From: a virus
DNA length: 64,000 nucleotides
Virus record (IMG/VR): IMGVR_UViG_3300044846_004348
Span: 28,643 to 92,642 of that record
Reading direction: 5' to 3' (one strand)
The notes beneath the pieces were generated by a model. The model made no database searches. It worked only from the letters and a program-made list of their open reading frames with translations, and had not been told where the DNA came from. The position numbers and the translations under genes were made by a program. Of this stretch, positions 37,742 to 46,439 are shown piece by piece (position 1 is the stretch's first letter; the number at the start of each line of letters is the position of its first letter).

Positions 37742-39556
37742 CTATCTTTTAAAACTTCGTACATTACGCCTTACTTTTCTATACTTTCTAGTTTTTTTAA
37801 TTCTTTTTTTCGGTTTAGACCTTTCACTACCAGCAGGAATTTCTCCTCCGCCTCCAGAACCGCCTGAACCGCCTGAACCGCCTGAAGCTCCTGAAGAACC
37901 AGATCCTCCTGTAGAAGCAGCTGCAATAGATGCTGCAGCAGCAATCTGTGTCACAACTACTGAGGCAACAACTACCGTTTGCGCTTCTTCTCTTTCTTCA
38001 GTGTTCATATCCGCACCCACTTGACCTAATGCTTCTAGTACTTGACCTGCGTCAGAAGAAAACGCAGCGGCTAGAGCTGACAAATCTGACAGTTGTTCAA
38101 ATACGAGTGCTATACCTGCTTCTAAATTAACGCCTTCTCGGTATTCAATAATTTGATCTGGATCTAACTGCTCTAAAAACTCTAAAGTTTGCTCATCAGT
38201 TAATCCTTCAAGTAAATCTGCTACTGGCATTGTTTCGTCTACTTCATAATTTTCAATCAATAATGCTGCAATATCTTCTAACTGCTCGTCCGTAATCTCT
38301 TCTTCAGTACCTAATAATTCTTCAATTGCATTATCAATCTCTTCTTCAACTAATATAATTTCTTCTATTGGCGTTGGTTCTAGCGTAGGCTCTATGGATG
38401 GTGATTCACTTTGGATAGGTTCAGGTATTGGCGTTGGCTCTGGGTCCAGAGTTGGTTCAACGCTTTCGACTGGTTCAGGGCTAAGACTTGGCACAGGTTC
38501 TGAGGTTGGCTCTGAAGTCGGTGTAGGTGTAGGCGTAGAAGTTGGAGTTGGAGTTGGAGTTGGAGTAGGTAAAGTTGGTATAAATAATTCAACTATATTT
38601 GAATCACTAGAATATACAGACAGAGTATTATTATCTGATCTAATCTTAAATTGATAGTTTTTTCCTAATCCTCCAGTTGTTGAGAATACTTCTGGTGATA
38701 AGTACGAATTTGTTTCTTGTGAACTTATGCCCCAACCATCCGATACAAAGTTTGTTGTAGACCAACTAATTGCATAACTTTCAACTGCTGTCCCACTACT
38801 AACTGGTGCATTCCAAAGTAACTCTACATTTCCTGCAGATAATAATGTTGCGGTTAAGTTTTGTGGTGGATTTAGTGAAGGCGTAGGAGTTGGAGTAGGC
38901 GTAGGTGTAGGAGTTGGAGTAGGTGTAGGAGTTGGAGTAGGGCTTGCTACAGGAGGTTCAGTAATAGTTTGAACAGTTAATGGTTGGATAGGCCCATTTT
39001 GAATGTATCTTGCACCATACCTAGCATTTGCTGGTGCACTAGAACTTACTTCATAGGTTGGTTGCCATGTGTAATTTATTGGATTTACTTCTGCCAACAT
39101 TCTTATGTAGACAGGGTTTCCTGATGATTGACCCCATGGTAATACTTTCCAATCTACGCATATAGAAGTTGCTGTAGAGCCATATCTAACATATAAATTA
39201 TTTCCGTATCCCCATCCAGGACTCCATACTCCAGGAGTTTCTTGATTTGGAAAAGCGTGATAATCAAAGGACGCTATAGAAATAGAGGGAGTTGGTGGGT
39301 AATCCCAGAATGTATAGTCTCCTTGACCAAAAGTTATTGTTCCTTTTGGACTTACATAAATATTGTTTGTATAAACCGTTCCACCCCATTCAAGAGGTGT
39401 ATTTAGATTCATTAAAAACGCTTGATCGCCACCGTTAACTTGATGAGTATCGCAGGGCGCGGCAGTAGATCCAGAGCTTTTATTACTATCTAAAAACACT
39501 AAAAAGCCAAGTGTTAATGTAAATACAAGAAAAGCTCTAACTAAACTCTTAATCAA
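37742..39556 (-). CDS. secreted, membrane-anchored protein with FN3 domain and PT linkers
   Basis: Signal peptide, globular domain, (PT)n, PPQNLTA...LLWNAP...YQFKIRS FN3, (PT)n, acidic region, TM, basic tail. Confidence 0.75.
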   Translation of the reverse strand: MIKSLVRAFLVFTLTLGFLVFLDSNKSSGSTAAPCDTHQVNGGDQAFLMNLNTPLEWGGTVYTNNIYVSPKGTITFGQGDYTFWDYPPTPSISIASFDYHAFPNQETPGVWSPGWGYGNNLYVRYGSTATSICVDWKVLPWGQSSGNPVYIRMLAEVNPINYTWQPTYEVSSSAPANARYGARYIQNGPIQPLTVQTITEPPVASPTPTPTPTPTPTPTPTPTPTPSLNPPQNLTATLLSAGNVELLWNAPVSSGTAVESYAISWSTTNFVSDGWGISSQETNSYLSPEVFSTTGGLGKNYQFKIRSDNNTLSVYSSDSNIVELFIPTLPTPTPTPTPTSTPTPTPTSEPTSEPVPSLSPEPVESVEPTLDPEPTPIPEPIQSESPSIEPTLEPTPIEEIILVEEEIDNAIEELLGTEEEITDEQLEDIAALLIENYEVDETMPVADLLEGLTDEQTLEFLEQLDPDQIIEYREGVNLEAGIALVFEQLSDLSALAAAFSSDAGQVLEALGQVGADMNTEEREEAQTVVVASVVVTQIAAAASIAAASTGGSGSSGASGGSGGSGGSGGGGEIPAGSERSKPKKRIKKTRKYRKVRRNVRSFKR

Positions 39557-39622
39557 ATAAAACTCCAGCGAGTGTGTCCAATACTCTCTATATCTATTTT
39601 ACATGTTAAAAGAGTTAACTAC

Positions 39623-40309
39623 TTACTCCAAAGATTTTTTATACGACAAATACACATGTCTAACTGTTGATGCATGCCATTTACTGTCTTTTTTAACTGT
39701 TGGAATATTTTCTTTGTTTAACATTTCTGCAATCCGTCCAAAAGATAAACCTTTTAATCTGTGCTCGTAAATTCTTATTCTCACATCATCTGTAAGTATT
39801 GGTTTAGGACCTAAATCAATACCCCACTTTTTATTGTTATCTCTTCTATCTTGATGGACATCTCTTTGACGAAGTGAAATCATTCCTCGTTCCATCTCTG
39901 CCATTGCAGACATAATGGTTACAACGAAGCGACCTTGATAGGTAGCAGTATCTAAACCTAAGTCGAGCATGGCTAAACGCCAGTTGTATTTATGAGATCT
40001 ATCAACAATGCTTAAAAAGTCTCTAGTTGATCTAGCCAACCTATCCAAACGAGTGACATAGAGAGCATTGGCTTTACCTTCATCTAAATCCTCTAAAGCC
40101 TGTCTTAGAACTGGTCTACCTTGAATGCTTTTACCTGAGCGACCTTCTTCCCTAAGCATTACTACTGTGTAGCCAGCGGCTTCTGCAGCAGCTTTAAGTT
40201 GCTTTTCTTGGGCATCAAGACTTACTCCGTCTTCAACTTGCATTTGAGTTGAGACTCTTGCATAGCAATATGCAACACCTGGTAAAACTGTTTTTAATAC
40301 TTCAGTCAT
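39623..40309 (-). CDS. serine recombinase (resolvase/invertase-like)
   Basis: YARVST catalytic Ser, SGK...RP, RLDRLAR, MAEMER; short C-terminal DNA-binding domain. Confidence 0.92.
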   Translation of the reverse strand: MTEVLKTVLPGVAYCYARVSTQMQVEDGVSLDAQEKQLKAAAEAAGYTVVMLREEGRSGKSIQGRPVLRQALEDLDEGKANALYVTRLDRLARSTRDFLSIVDRSHKYNWRLAMLDLGLDTATYQGRFVVTIMSAMAEMERGMISLRQRDVHQDRRDNNKKWGIDLGPKPILTDDVRIRIYEHRLKGLSFGRIAEMLNKENIPTVKKDSKWHASTVRHVYLSYKKSLE

Positions 40310-40445
40310 TTGTCGCTCCTATTTGACTAAAGTATACACACTTAACCTGAAAATACATACACACTTAGACTTAAATATGTATGGAATATGTACAAGAACA
40401 TGTACAAGATTTGTAGCTAGCCTGTGGATAACTTTTAAAAACGCT

Positions 40446-40515
40446 ATTTTTCGGCCTCTCGCTCCGTTATGAAAGGAAGCGGGAGAGTGGGGAAAAAATG
40501 TGTGTGTTTGGGTTT
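40446..40515. repeat. dispersed element copy 1 (core GGCCTCTSGCTCC at 40453-40465)
   Basis: T-run, core, purine/G-rich tract, GTGTGTTT tail; first 25 bp identical to copy 4. Confidence 0.85.
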
Positions 40516-40519
40516 ATCT

Positions 40520-40795
40520 TTATTTTCTACATTCTTTACATATGGTGCCCCACTCATTTGCTGAGTCAGCATCAACCATTTGATTTGGTGGTGAAACCAT
40601 TAAATCGTGATAGTTAGTGTCCCAAGTGGATGAATCGTTTTTGTCATCTTCTTCATAATCATCCCAAACGGCTGTGTACATATCTGCATACGGAGAAAAC
40701 TTTCTTGCCAACCAACCAGACGCATCCATAGCTCTATTTGAGATCCAGCGAACAACTGAACCTTTGTCTACTTCTACTTGCTTTACAAAATCCAC
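40520..40795 (-). CDS. hypothetical protein
   Basis: AAGGAG SD before GTG; sole gene between repeat copies 1 and 2. Confidence 0.65.
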   Translation of the reverse strand: MDFVKQVEVDKGSVVRWISNRAMDASGWLARKFSPYADMYTAVWDDYEEDDKNDSSTWDTNYHDLMVSPPNQMVDADSANEWGTICKECRK

Positions 40796-40820
40796 ACCAA
40801 CACTCCTTCCTTAAAACCTA

Positions 40821-40900
40821 ATTTTTCGGCCTCTCGCTCCAACATAATAATAGGGCAAAAAAGCAAGGAAGGGAAGGAAGGTTGTGTTTTGGTGTGTTTT
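40821..40900. repeat. dispersed element copy 2 (core 40828-40840)
   Basis: ATTTTTCGGCCTCTCGCTCC, purine tract, GTTGTGTTTTGGTGTGTTTT. Confidence 0.85.
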
Positions 40901-40902
40901 GG

Positions 40903-41289
40903 CTATAGTTTCTTTGCTTTGATCTGTCTTCCATCTAGAACAATAGGACCTTTACTGTCATGCCAAATCCAAAAACCGATTGGCATAGATGGATCAGAAT
41001 TAAACGTGTGTGACCAATGTAGATGATAGTTTTTTCCATCCCAGCCGCCGATGTTCTTATCATCGTGACCAGTTTCATCTAGTTTGTCAGTACCTGGGTA
41101 GCGACCAAATCTTCCTCTAAGAACTTTTCCACCAACGCCAAATTCTATTCTTAGAACAGTTGTCCATTGCCATACACCAGCGCTGTCTACCTTGTACGAG
41201 ATACCTTTAGGGTACTCAACCCAAGTCCAAACTTTAGGTGGAACTGATTGCTTAGACTTACCACTTTCTACTTTCCATAAATTTGACAC
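40903..41289 (-). CDS. hypothetical Trp-rich beta protein (paralog of 42742..43227)
   Basis: AAGGAG SD; shared motifs WK, WT, RF/IxR, TG, RQxK. Confidence 0.65.
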   Translation of the reverse strand: MSNLWKVESGKSKQSVPPKVWTWVEYPKGISYKVDSAGVWQWTTVLRIEFGVGGKVLRGRFGRYPGTDKLDETGHDDKNIGGWDGKNYHLHWSHTFNSDPSMPIGFWIWHDSKGPIVLDGRQIKAKKL

Positions 41290-41357
41290 TGTTATTACTC
41301 CTTAAAACCCTGCACTAGTTGTGTAAAACAATTATTACACAAACAAAGCAACCTCAT

Positions 41358-41507
41358 TTACTTCAATGAATTTTGGTATCCTCCACAGATAAGGCACATG
41401 CCGTAATCTGAAAACTTATGCCCGCTTGGAAGGCAGCCGTTTGGTAGCGCGTCTTCTCCAGCACTAAACCACTCTTTAATCTTTTTTACTATATCTTTAC
41501 TTTTCAT
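41358..41507 (-). CDS. 49-aa hypothetical protein (C/H/CxxC)
   Basis: Likely start at MKSKDIV overlapping the upstream stop; GCLPSGH...CLIC. Confidence 0.5.
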   Translation of the reverse strand: MKSKDIVKKIKEWFSAGEDALPNGCLPSGHKFSDYGMCLICGGYQNSLK

Positions 41508-41877
41508 AGTTACGTAAAATCTCGTTATTTTCTTCAACTGTGTGGTCAAGGTATTCTTTGTAAGTACCAAACTTTTTGTCGTTTTCTTCTCTACCCTCAC
41601 GGATAATCTCTGCAATATCTTCTGGAGCCAAGTTAGGTCTATGCATTTCGCCAAAACTACTAGTTCTCTTGTTGTACCTATCCATCATGGATTTAATGGC
41701 TTTTTGGTCGTACTTCTCTGATTCTTCTAAAAAGAAATTAACCACTTCTTCAGTGTTTAAATAATCTATATCTATTCTCTGTCCAAAGCGTTTAACAAAA
41801 CTCTTGTGTAAACTCTTTGCCTTCGGGGTTTCTAACATGATTCTCCTTGCCTCTGCAGGTTTATACAGGTTTCGCAA
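41497..41877 (-). CDS. hypothetical protein
   Basis: Charged helical ORF; true start may be the ATG after AGGAG (MLETPK). Confidence 0.6.
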   Translation of the reverse strand: MRNLYKPAEARRIMLETPKAKSLHKSFVKRFGQRIDIDYLNTEEVVNFFLEESEKYDQKAIKSMMDRYNKRTSSFGEMHRPNLAPEDIAEIIREGREENDKKFGTYKEYLDHTVEENNEILRNYEK

Positions 41878-42329
41878 AGACTACCGTGAATAAGAACAGA
41901 ACCGATATTAGCAAAATACTCATGAAAGATACTTATCCCCCTCTTCTTACATGAATCACACTCGTCTGAGTTGTATTCGGCAGAGGCTTTTTCTAAAGCT
42001 TGTACACAATCAGAGCAACCAAGAAAATCAGACTGCCCTACAAAAACACACCAAACTGTAGGATTATCAAAATCTACATGTGGGCAAAACTCTAACTTAT
42101 CGAACTCTTGTCTATCAATCATCCACCTTAACTTTTTAAGCACAGGTGTACTCATATAAGTATTTACATCAAAACTTTTAACTCTTACTTCTGCTGGCTG
42201 ATGAGGAATATTTACAGATGCTTTATGGAAAATATCTCTTGCTTGTTCCGTGGCTGCTTCAAGTTGCTCTTCCATTCGAGACATGCGAAGACGCTCTATG
42301 GCTTCATCTTCTTCATTATCCATGAGCAA
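41832..42329 (-). CDS. hypothetical Cys-rich (Zn-binding) protein
   Basis: CPH, CSDC, CDSC, CETC. Confidence 0.65.
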   Translation of the reverse strand: MLMDNEEDEAIERLRMSRMEEQLEAATEQARDIFHKASVNIPHQPAEVRVKSFDVNTYMSTPVLKKLRWMIDRQEFDKLEFCPHVDFDNPTVWCVFVGQSDFLGCSDCVQALEKASAEYNSDECDSCKKRGISIFHEYFANIGSVLIHGSLCETCINLQRQGESC

Positions 42330-42357
42330 CCTTTTTCTATATAATAAAAAACTTTAC

Positions 42358-42430
42358 TTTTTTGGCCTCTGGCTCCGATTAAAGAGTAGGGGGAATACGG
42401 ACGGGGGAGGGTTGTGTGTTTTGGGGGTAG
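42358..42430. repeat. dispersed element copy 3 (core 42364-42376)
   Basis: TTTTTTGGCCTCTGGCTCC, G-rich tract, GTTGTGTGTTTT; tail is read through by the 3' end of 42379..42651. Confidence 0.82.
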
Positions 42431-42651
42431 TTTTCTGTGTCGTCTTTCCAAAGTTCATCGTAAATGTTTTCTGGGAGTCTGTCCCCTCTACTCTCATGAA
42501 CTTTTAAATGATCCACCATCTCTTGAGTTGAGTTAGCGTTAAAAGATACAGAGTCCATCTCTCCTAAACCACAAGCCATACACACAAGTCGATTTGTTCC
42601 AGCATGCATAAAAACGTAAGCATCAGACTCAATGAATCTTGAGTAAGCCAT
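42379..42651 (-). CDS. hypothetical protein (CxxC...H..H)
   Basis: GGGAG SD; SDAYVF...CMAC...MVDHLKVH. Confidence 0.65.
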   Translation of the reverse strand: MAYSRFIESDAYVFMHAGTNRLVCMACGLGEMDSVSFNANSTQEMVDHLKVHESRGDRLPENIYDELWKDDTENYPQNTQPSPVRIPPTL

Positions 42652-42671
42652 TTGTCTCCCTAGTTTAAAGT

Positions 42672-42724
42672 GTTACCTACCGTGAGAATATTTATTTTAA
42701 ATTTATTTATCCACGGCAGGTAAC
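42672..42724 (-). terminator. stem-loop downstream of 42742..43227
   Basis: GTTACCTACCGTG ... CACGGCAGGTAAC inverted repeat (one G-U on minus strand) around an AT-rich loop. Confidence 0.55.
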
Positions 42725-42741
42725 TATTACTATCATACAAC

Positions 42742-43227
42742 TTACTCTGGAAATGTTAAAAAACTATCGTCTAATGGCGAGTTGGGGTTCCAAGACTTAA
42801 ACTGCCTTAAAGAAGATTTAACGGTTTTTGGGCCGCCTCCGTACTTAACCTGTGCAACTACTGGGTAATCAGGGTTAATCGCCCAGCAGGTGGCTCCTTG
42901 CCACTTCTTAGGACTGTTTTTACCTAGGACCCAGGTGTTAGTGCCAGTAGTGTTTAGCTTTCCAGATGGTAGAACTCTGGCTATGCGAACTTTAACCCAC
43001 TTTGGCTTACTTTTGCCAAAAGTTAAATGAACTTGAGTACAGTAAAGACTTCTAGTACCAAATGGTTTCATTTGGCTTTTTCCATCAAACTTTAATGTTG
43101 TCCACTTATTTCGAGGAATTTCTTGAGCAGTTGTAGATTTCCAAACATTAGTGTTTTTTGCAACCACTGGGTTTGTAGAAGAAAATAAGAATAATAATAT
43201 AAACGCAATAAAAACCTTTTTTAACAT
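42742..43227 (-). CDS. secreted hypothetical protein
   Basis: Signal peptide; TACACT 6 nt before ATG; similar to 40903..41289. Confidence 0.7.
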   Translation of the reverse strand: MLKKVFIAFILLFLFSSTNPVVAKNTNVWKSTTAQEIPRNKWTTLKFDGKSQMKPFGTRSLYCTQVHLTFGKSKPKWVKVRIARVLPSGKLNTTGTNTWVLGKNSPKKWQGATCWAINPDYPVVAQVKYGGGPKTVKSSLRQFKSWNPNSPLDDSFLTFPE

Positions 43228-43454
43228 AAAACAAGTGTAAGTGTTAACATTTTTAGAACAATTTAATAATTTGATTACTTTTATTAATAATTTGTGGATT
43301 AAATAAAGTAATTCCTTGAATATAAACAGAATTAGTTGTGGAACTTTGATTTGTGGAAAACTTAAAAAACTAACTAAAATCTAAATAAAATTGTAGATTT
43401 TGACATTAGATAAGTTATAATTAAAGCAACTCCCATAAGGAGGTTTTTTTATTT

Positions 43455-43904
43455 ATGGGTCCTTTATTAAGTACGTTTATATCCGCTACGTTTATTGCAA
43501 CTAGTATTCTACCTACTGAAAAACCAGTTCCTATTATTAATAGCGTTCAAATTCTAGCTACTGCAGACAAATACATTGGAGTTCCATATTGTAGGGGCGG
43601 TAGTAGAGGTAAATGTTTTGATTGCTCTGGTTTTACTTCCTTTGTTTATGGAAAGTATGGAGTTGATTTATCAAGGAGTGCGAGTCAACAATATAGAAAT
43701 GCAGTAATAATTTCTAAAGAAACAGCCGTTCCTGGTGACCTAGTTTTCTTTAAAAATAAAAGCGGTTATGTTTATCATGTCGGGATCTATATAGGAAACG
43801 ACAAAATTATCCACGCTCCAAGATATGGAAAAAGGGTTCGCGTAGAAACTATATGGGGTCAGAGAGTTGAGTTTGCAAAAGTTGCTTATGTGACTGCAAC
43901 CTAA
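43455..43904 (+). CDS. NlpC/P60 (C40) cell-wall peptidase
   Basis: GVPY..GG, FDCSGFT, PGDLVFF, HVGIY, IHA; AGGAGG SD. Confidence 0.93.
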   Translation: MGPLLSTFISATFIATSILPTEKPVPIINSVQILATADKYIGVPYCRGGSRGKCFDCSGFTSFVYGKYGVDLSRSASQQYRNAVIISKETAVPGDLVFFKNKSGYVYHVGIYIGNDKIIHAPRYGKRVRVETIWGQRVEFAKVAYVTAT

Positions 43905-43910
43905 AACTAA

Positions 43911-43980
43911 ATTTTTCGGCCTCTCGCTCCGTTATAAAAAGCGGAGGACGATTGGGGTAGGGTTGTGTGTTTTTTGGTTT
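43911..43980. repeat. dispersed element copy 4 (core 43918-43930)
   Basis: ATTTTTCGGCCTCTCGCTCCGTTAT identical to copy 1; CTCCG/CGGAG hairpin; GTTGTGTGTTTT tail. Confidence 0.85.
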
Positions 43981-43981
43981 T

Positions 43982-44671
43982 TTAGTAGCTAGTGCTGTAG
44001 TCCTCAGACCACAAAGTAGTTTTCCTGCTCTCCCAGTTATCTAAGTCTTTAGGGTAGTCAAAATCCTCAGTCCAATCATTTATCTCCACAAAACCACCAT
44101 TCTTAAATAACTCTTGCCTAGAGCGAGCATTGCCTAGAGTCATATCTTTAAATAGATGCCAACCCCCAGCACTTAGTATTTCAGAGACCGAAACATAAAG
44201 CATAAAAATCTTGTGACTAAAAGTAACTGACATGCTGCTACTAAAAGAAATAGCAAAAATCTCTTTATGAGGCTTTCCAGTAATAATGGAACCCTTACGG
44301 CGAAGAAAAAACTTCCACTCATCTTTATCAGAAACTATTGTTCTAACTGCATCGTCAGTAAAATAGACATCTCCAAAAACTAAAATGTTTTTAGAGTTTT
44401 TCTTGTCTAACCATAAATCATGCGAAGAGATAAACTTAGACATTTCTTTAGGGCTGTCATCAATCTCAGGGGTATAAAGATTTGCCCCGTCAAACTTATA
44501 TCGGTCATCTGGACCTACAACCCAAACATCAGAAGTGTGTTTAAGAAACTGTTTAACGGTTCTTGCTAAAAGAACTTCTCCCTCTATCTCAACTAAATGT
44601 TTAGGCACGCCTCTATAGTTGCCCCACCTTGAACCGCTACCGCCAGCAAGAATTATTACTCTAAGTTCCAT
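43982..44671 (-). CDS. nucleotidyltransferase (NTP_transferase, LicC-like)
   Basis: IILAGGSGSRW...PKHL, FGDVYF, EDFDYPKD. Confidence 0.82.
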   Translation of the reverse strand: MELRVIILAGGSGSRWGNYRGVPKHLVEIEGEVLLARTVKQFLKHTSDVWVVGPDDRYKFDGANLYTPEIDDSPKEMSKFISSHDLWLDKKNSKNILVFGDVYFTDDAVRTIVSDKDEWKFFLRRKGSIITGKPHKEIFAISFSSSMSVTFSHKIFMLYVSVSEILSAGGWHLFKDMTLGNARSRQELFKNGGFVEINDWTEDFDYPKDLDNWESRKTTLWSEDYSTSY

Positions 44672-44712
44672 TAATTAAGTTTATCAGGGGTTATAGTGTA
44701 AGAGTGCCTGAT

Positions 44713-44741
44713 TTGACTTGCAGGCTTATTACCGTTATAAT
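44713..44741 (+). promoter_or_regulatory. sigma-A/70-type promoter
   Basis: TTGACT-17-TATAAT upstream of 44772 with GGAG/AGGA SD. Confidence 0.7.
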
Positions 44742-44771
44742 AAACTATAGCTGGAGATATTTAGGACACGT

Positions 44772-45056
44772 ATGGCAAAGAAAAAAATAGAAATAAAGAT
44801 TCCTGAGCACTGGGTCGTAGAAGAATCAATTCAGGTCAACAATCAAACAGTTGTGCCAGGAACTGAGATATCTGTAAAAGGTGAAAGAGGAAGATTTAAA
44901 TTCCTTAAAAAAGTAACCACCCCAAACACCTCTTGGGTAGATTGCATTGGTGGAAGAAAAGGTTACGAGGTATACAGATCATTTGAGACATCTAAAATAA
45001 AAACCGTTCATCGCAAAAAAACAACACGACCAACTAGAAACAAAAACGCTATATAA
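44772..45056 (+). CDS. conserved actinophage hypothetical protein (SH3-like)
   Basis: PGTEISVKGERGRFKF...WVDCIGG...RSF. Confidence 0.65.
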   Translation: MAKKKIEIKIPEHWVVEESIQVNNQTVVPGTEISVKGERGRFKFLKKVTTPNTSWVDCIGGRKGYEVYRSFETSKIKTVHRKKTTRPTRNKNAI

Positions 45057-45070
45057 TAAAAACTTAAAAC

Positions 45071-45155
45071 TTCTGGCCTCTGGCTCCAATAGAGATTAGG
45101 AGGAGGAGGCGGGAAAAAGGGGGAGGTTTGTGTTGGGGTGTGTTTTGTTTTGTTT
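45071..45155. repeat. dispersed element copy 5 (core 45075-45087)
   Basis: TTCTGGCCTCTGGCTCC, GGAGGAGGAGGCGGG tract (hairpin with core), GTGTGTTTT tail. Confidence 0.82.
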
Positions 45156-45164
45156 GATTCTAAC

Positions 45165-46397
45165 TTAAACTATATCTAGCCAAGAAATAGAACCAACAAC
45201 ATTTTGAGTTCCACCAAGCGAGCGCACAGCTAAAGTTAGTGTGTCACTTGTTGGAGTCGTTGCATTAGTTCTACCTAACTGAATGTCCCAGCGGAAAATA
45301 TCTCCCAAAGATACTGACCCAATTGATTGATTGGAAGAACTAAAAAATCCTTGCTCAACTATTGTTCCACCCGTTAAAACAGTCTGAGTAATATTATATT
45401 CAACATTACCTGTAGATTCTGTGTGAGGCACCCATGTACCACCAGTTAAGGTTGCATTTTTTATAAGAGCGTATTCATAATCTCCAGCAGATCTTCCAAG
45501 TATAGATATAGCATTAGGAACTATTACTGAGTCCGTTCTAGCAGAAGCTAAGCGAATAGAAACTATTGGGTAAAAGTCTCCAGCAACACCAACTTGTGTA
45601 GATCTAGATGCAGTCCAATGTTCTGTTTTTCTGGTATATCCTCCATTAGAAATAACAGTGGCGCATATCTGCTTCATTGTAGAAGAGCTTGAAGTTGCTC
45701 CAGTGTTCTCAACTTCATAACGTAAAGGTAGAGAGGCTGTTGTTATATAGACAGATGTAGTTTTGTTTGCATGATGAAAAGCATGAACTGGAATAAAATA
45801 ACCATCTATAGCAAAGCCGCAGCGTACTGAACCTACGCCAAGCCATTCATACTCTGTCCAAAAAATTTGAGCTTTAGATAGATCTAAAACTATGTCTGAA
45901 GGTCCATCTCCGTTAAGTTGGTCAATATTCCAATCACTTTGTGCAACTCTTGTATTGACTACTTCGCCACTGATATAACTACGCTTAACTAAATAAACGC
46001 TTGTACCATCCTGCTCTAAATAAATTCCGTTTTGTCTAGAAAAATAACCAACTCTTTGTCTCAAGTTTGCTTTAGGTGGAGCCATAACAAAAGTCTGCAT
46101 AACCTGCAAAGACTTGCCTGGTTGATATGGAAAAGTTTTAAAGGACTCAAGAGTTACCTTGTCACCTGAAGCACTGCCTATTGCTAAAGACAAAGAACTT
46201 TCATTTGTAAGATGAGAAACTGTTGCTGTGCCAGAAGTTTCTTTACTAAAATCTCCAGATTCTTTATATCTATGTGAAGAGTCAAATACAGTATAAGGTT
46301 CAGATGTTTTAATTCTTCCAAAAAGATCCGTACGAAAGCTAGAAAAACCTTGCTGAGGTACATTAGGAATCTTGCCTTCGTTATTATTATTTGTCAT
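45165..46397 (-). CDS. 410-aa putative virion protein (compact homolog of parts of the 826-aa and 2863-aa proteins)
   Basis: DLFGRIKTSEP, YQPGKS, LDLSKAQI..EWLGVG.VR.GF, LPLRYEV. Confidence 0.75.
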   Translation of the reverse strand: MTNNNNEGKIPNVPQQGFSSFRTDLFGRIKTSEPYTVFDSSHRYKESGDFSKETSGTATVSHLTNESSLSLAIGSASGDKVTLESFKTFPYQPGKSLQVMQTFVMAPPKANLRQRVGYFSRQNGIYLEQDGTSVYLVKRSYISGEVVNTRVAQSDWNIDQLNGDGPSDIVLDLSKAQIFWTEYEWLGVGSVRCGFAIDGYFIPVHAFHHANKTTSVYITTASLPLRYEVENTGATSSSSTMKQICATVISNGGYTRKTEHWTASRSTQVGVAGDFYPIVSIRLASARTDSVIVPNAISILGRSAGDYEYALIKNATLTGGTWVPHTESTGNVEYNITQTVLTGGTIVEQGFFSSSNQSIGSVSLGDIFRWDIQLGRTNATTPTSDTLTLAVRSLGGTQNVVGSISWLDIV

Positions 46398-46439
46398 AGT
46401 AGAATAAGTTTACAGGTTTTCTCTTTGATGTGTTTTATG

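Noticed and set aside
39623-40309. Large serine integrase / prophage boundary
   Set aside because: 228 aa with no zinc-ribbon/coiled-coil domain, and no host chromosomal genes flank it.
41508-41654. 5' part of the 98-aa ORF 41358..41654
   Set aside because: Overlaps 41497..41877 out of frame; the coupled ATG at 41507 is more plausible.
40446-45155. CRISPR array interpretation of the five repeats
   Set aside because: Intervals are 0.4-1.55 kb and contain genes; no cas genes seen.
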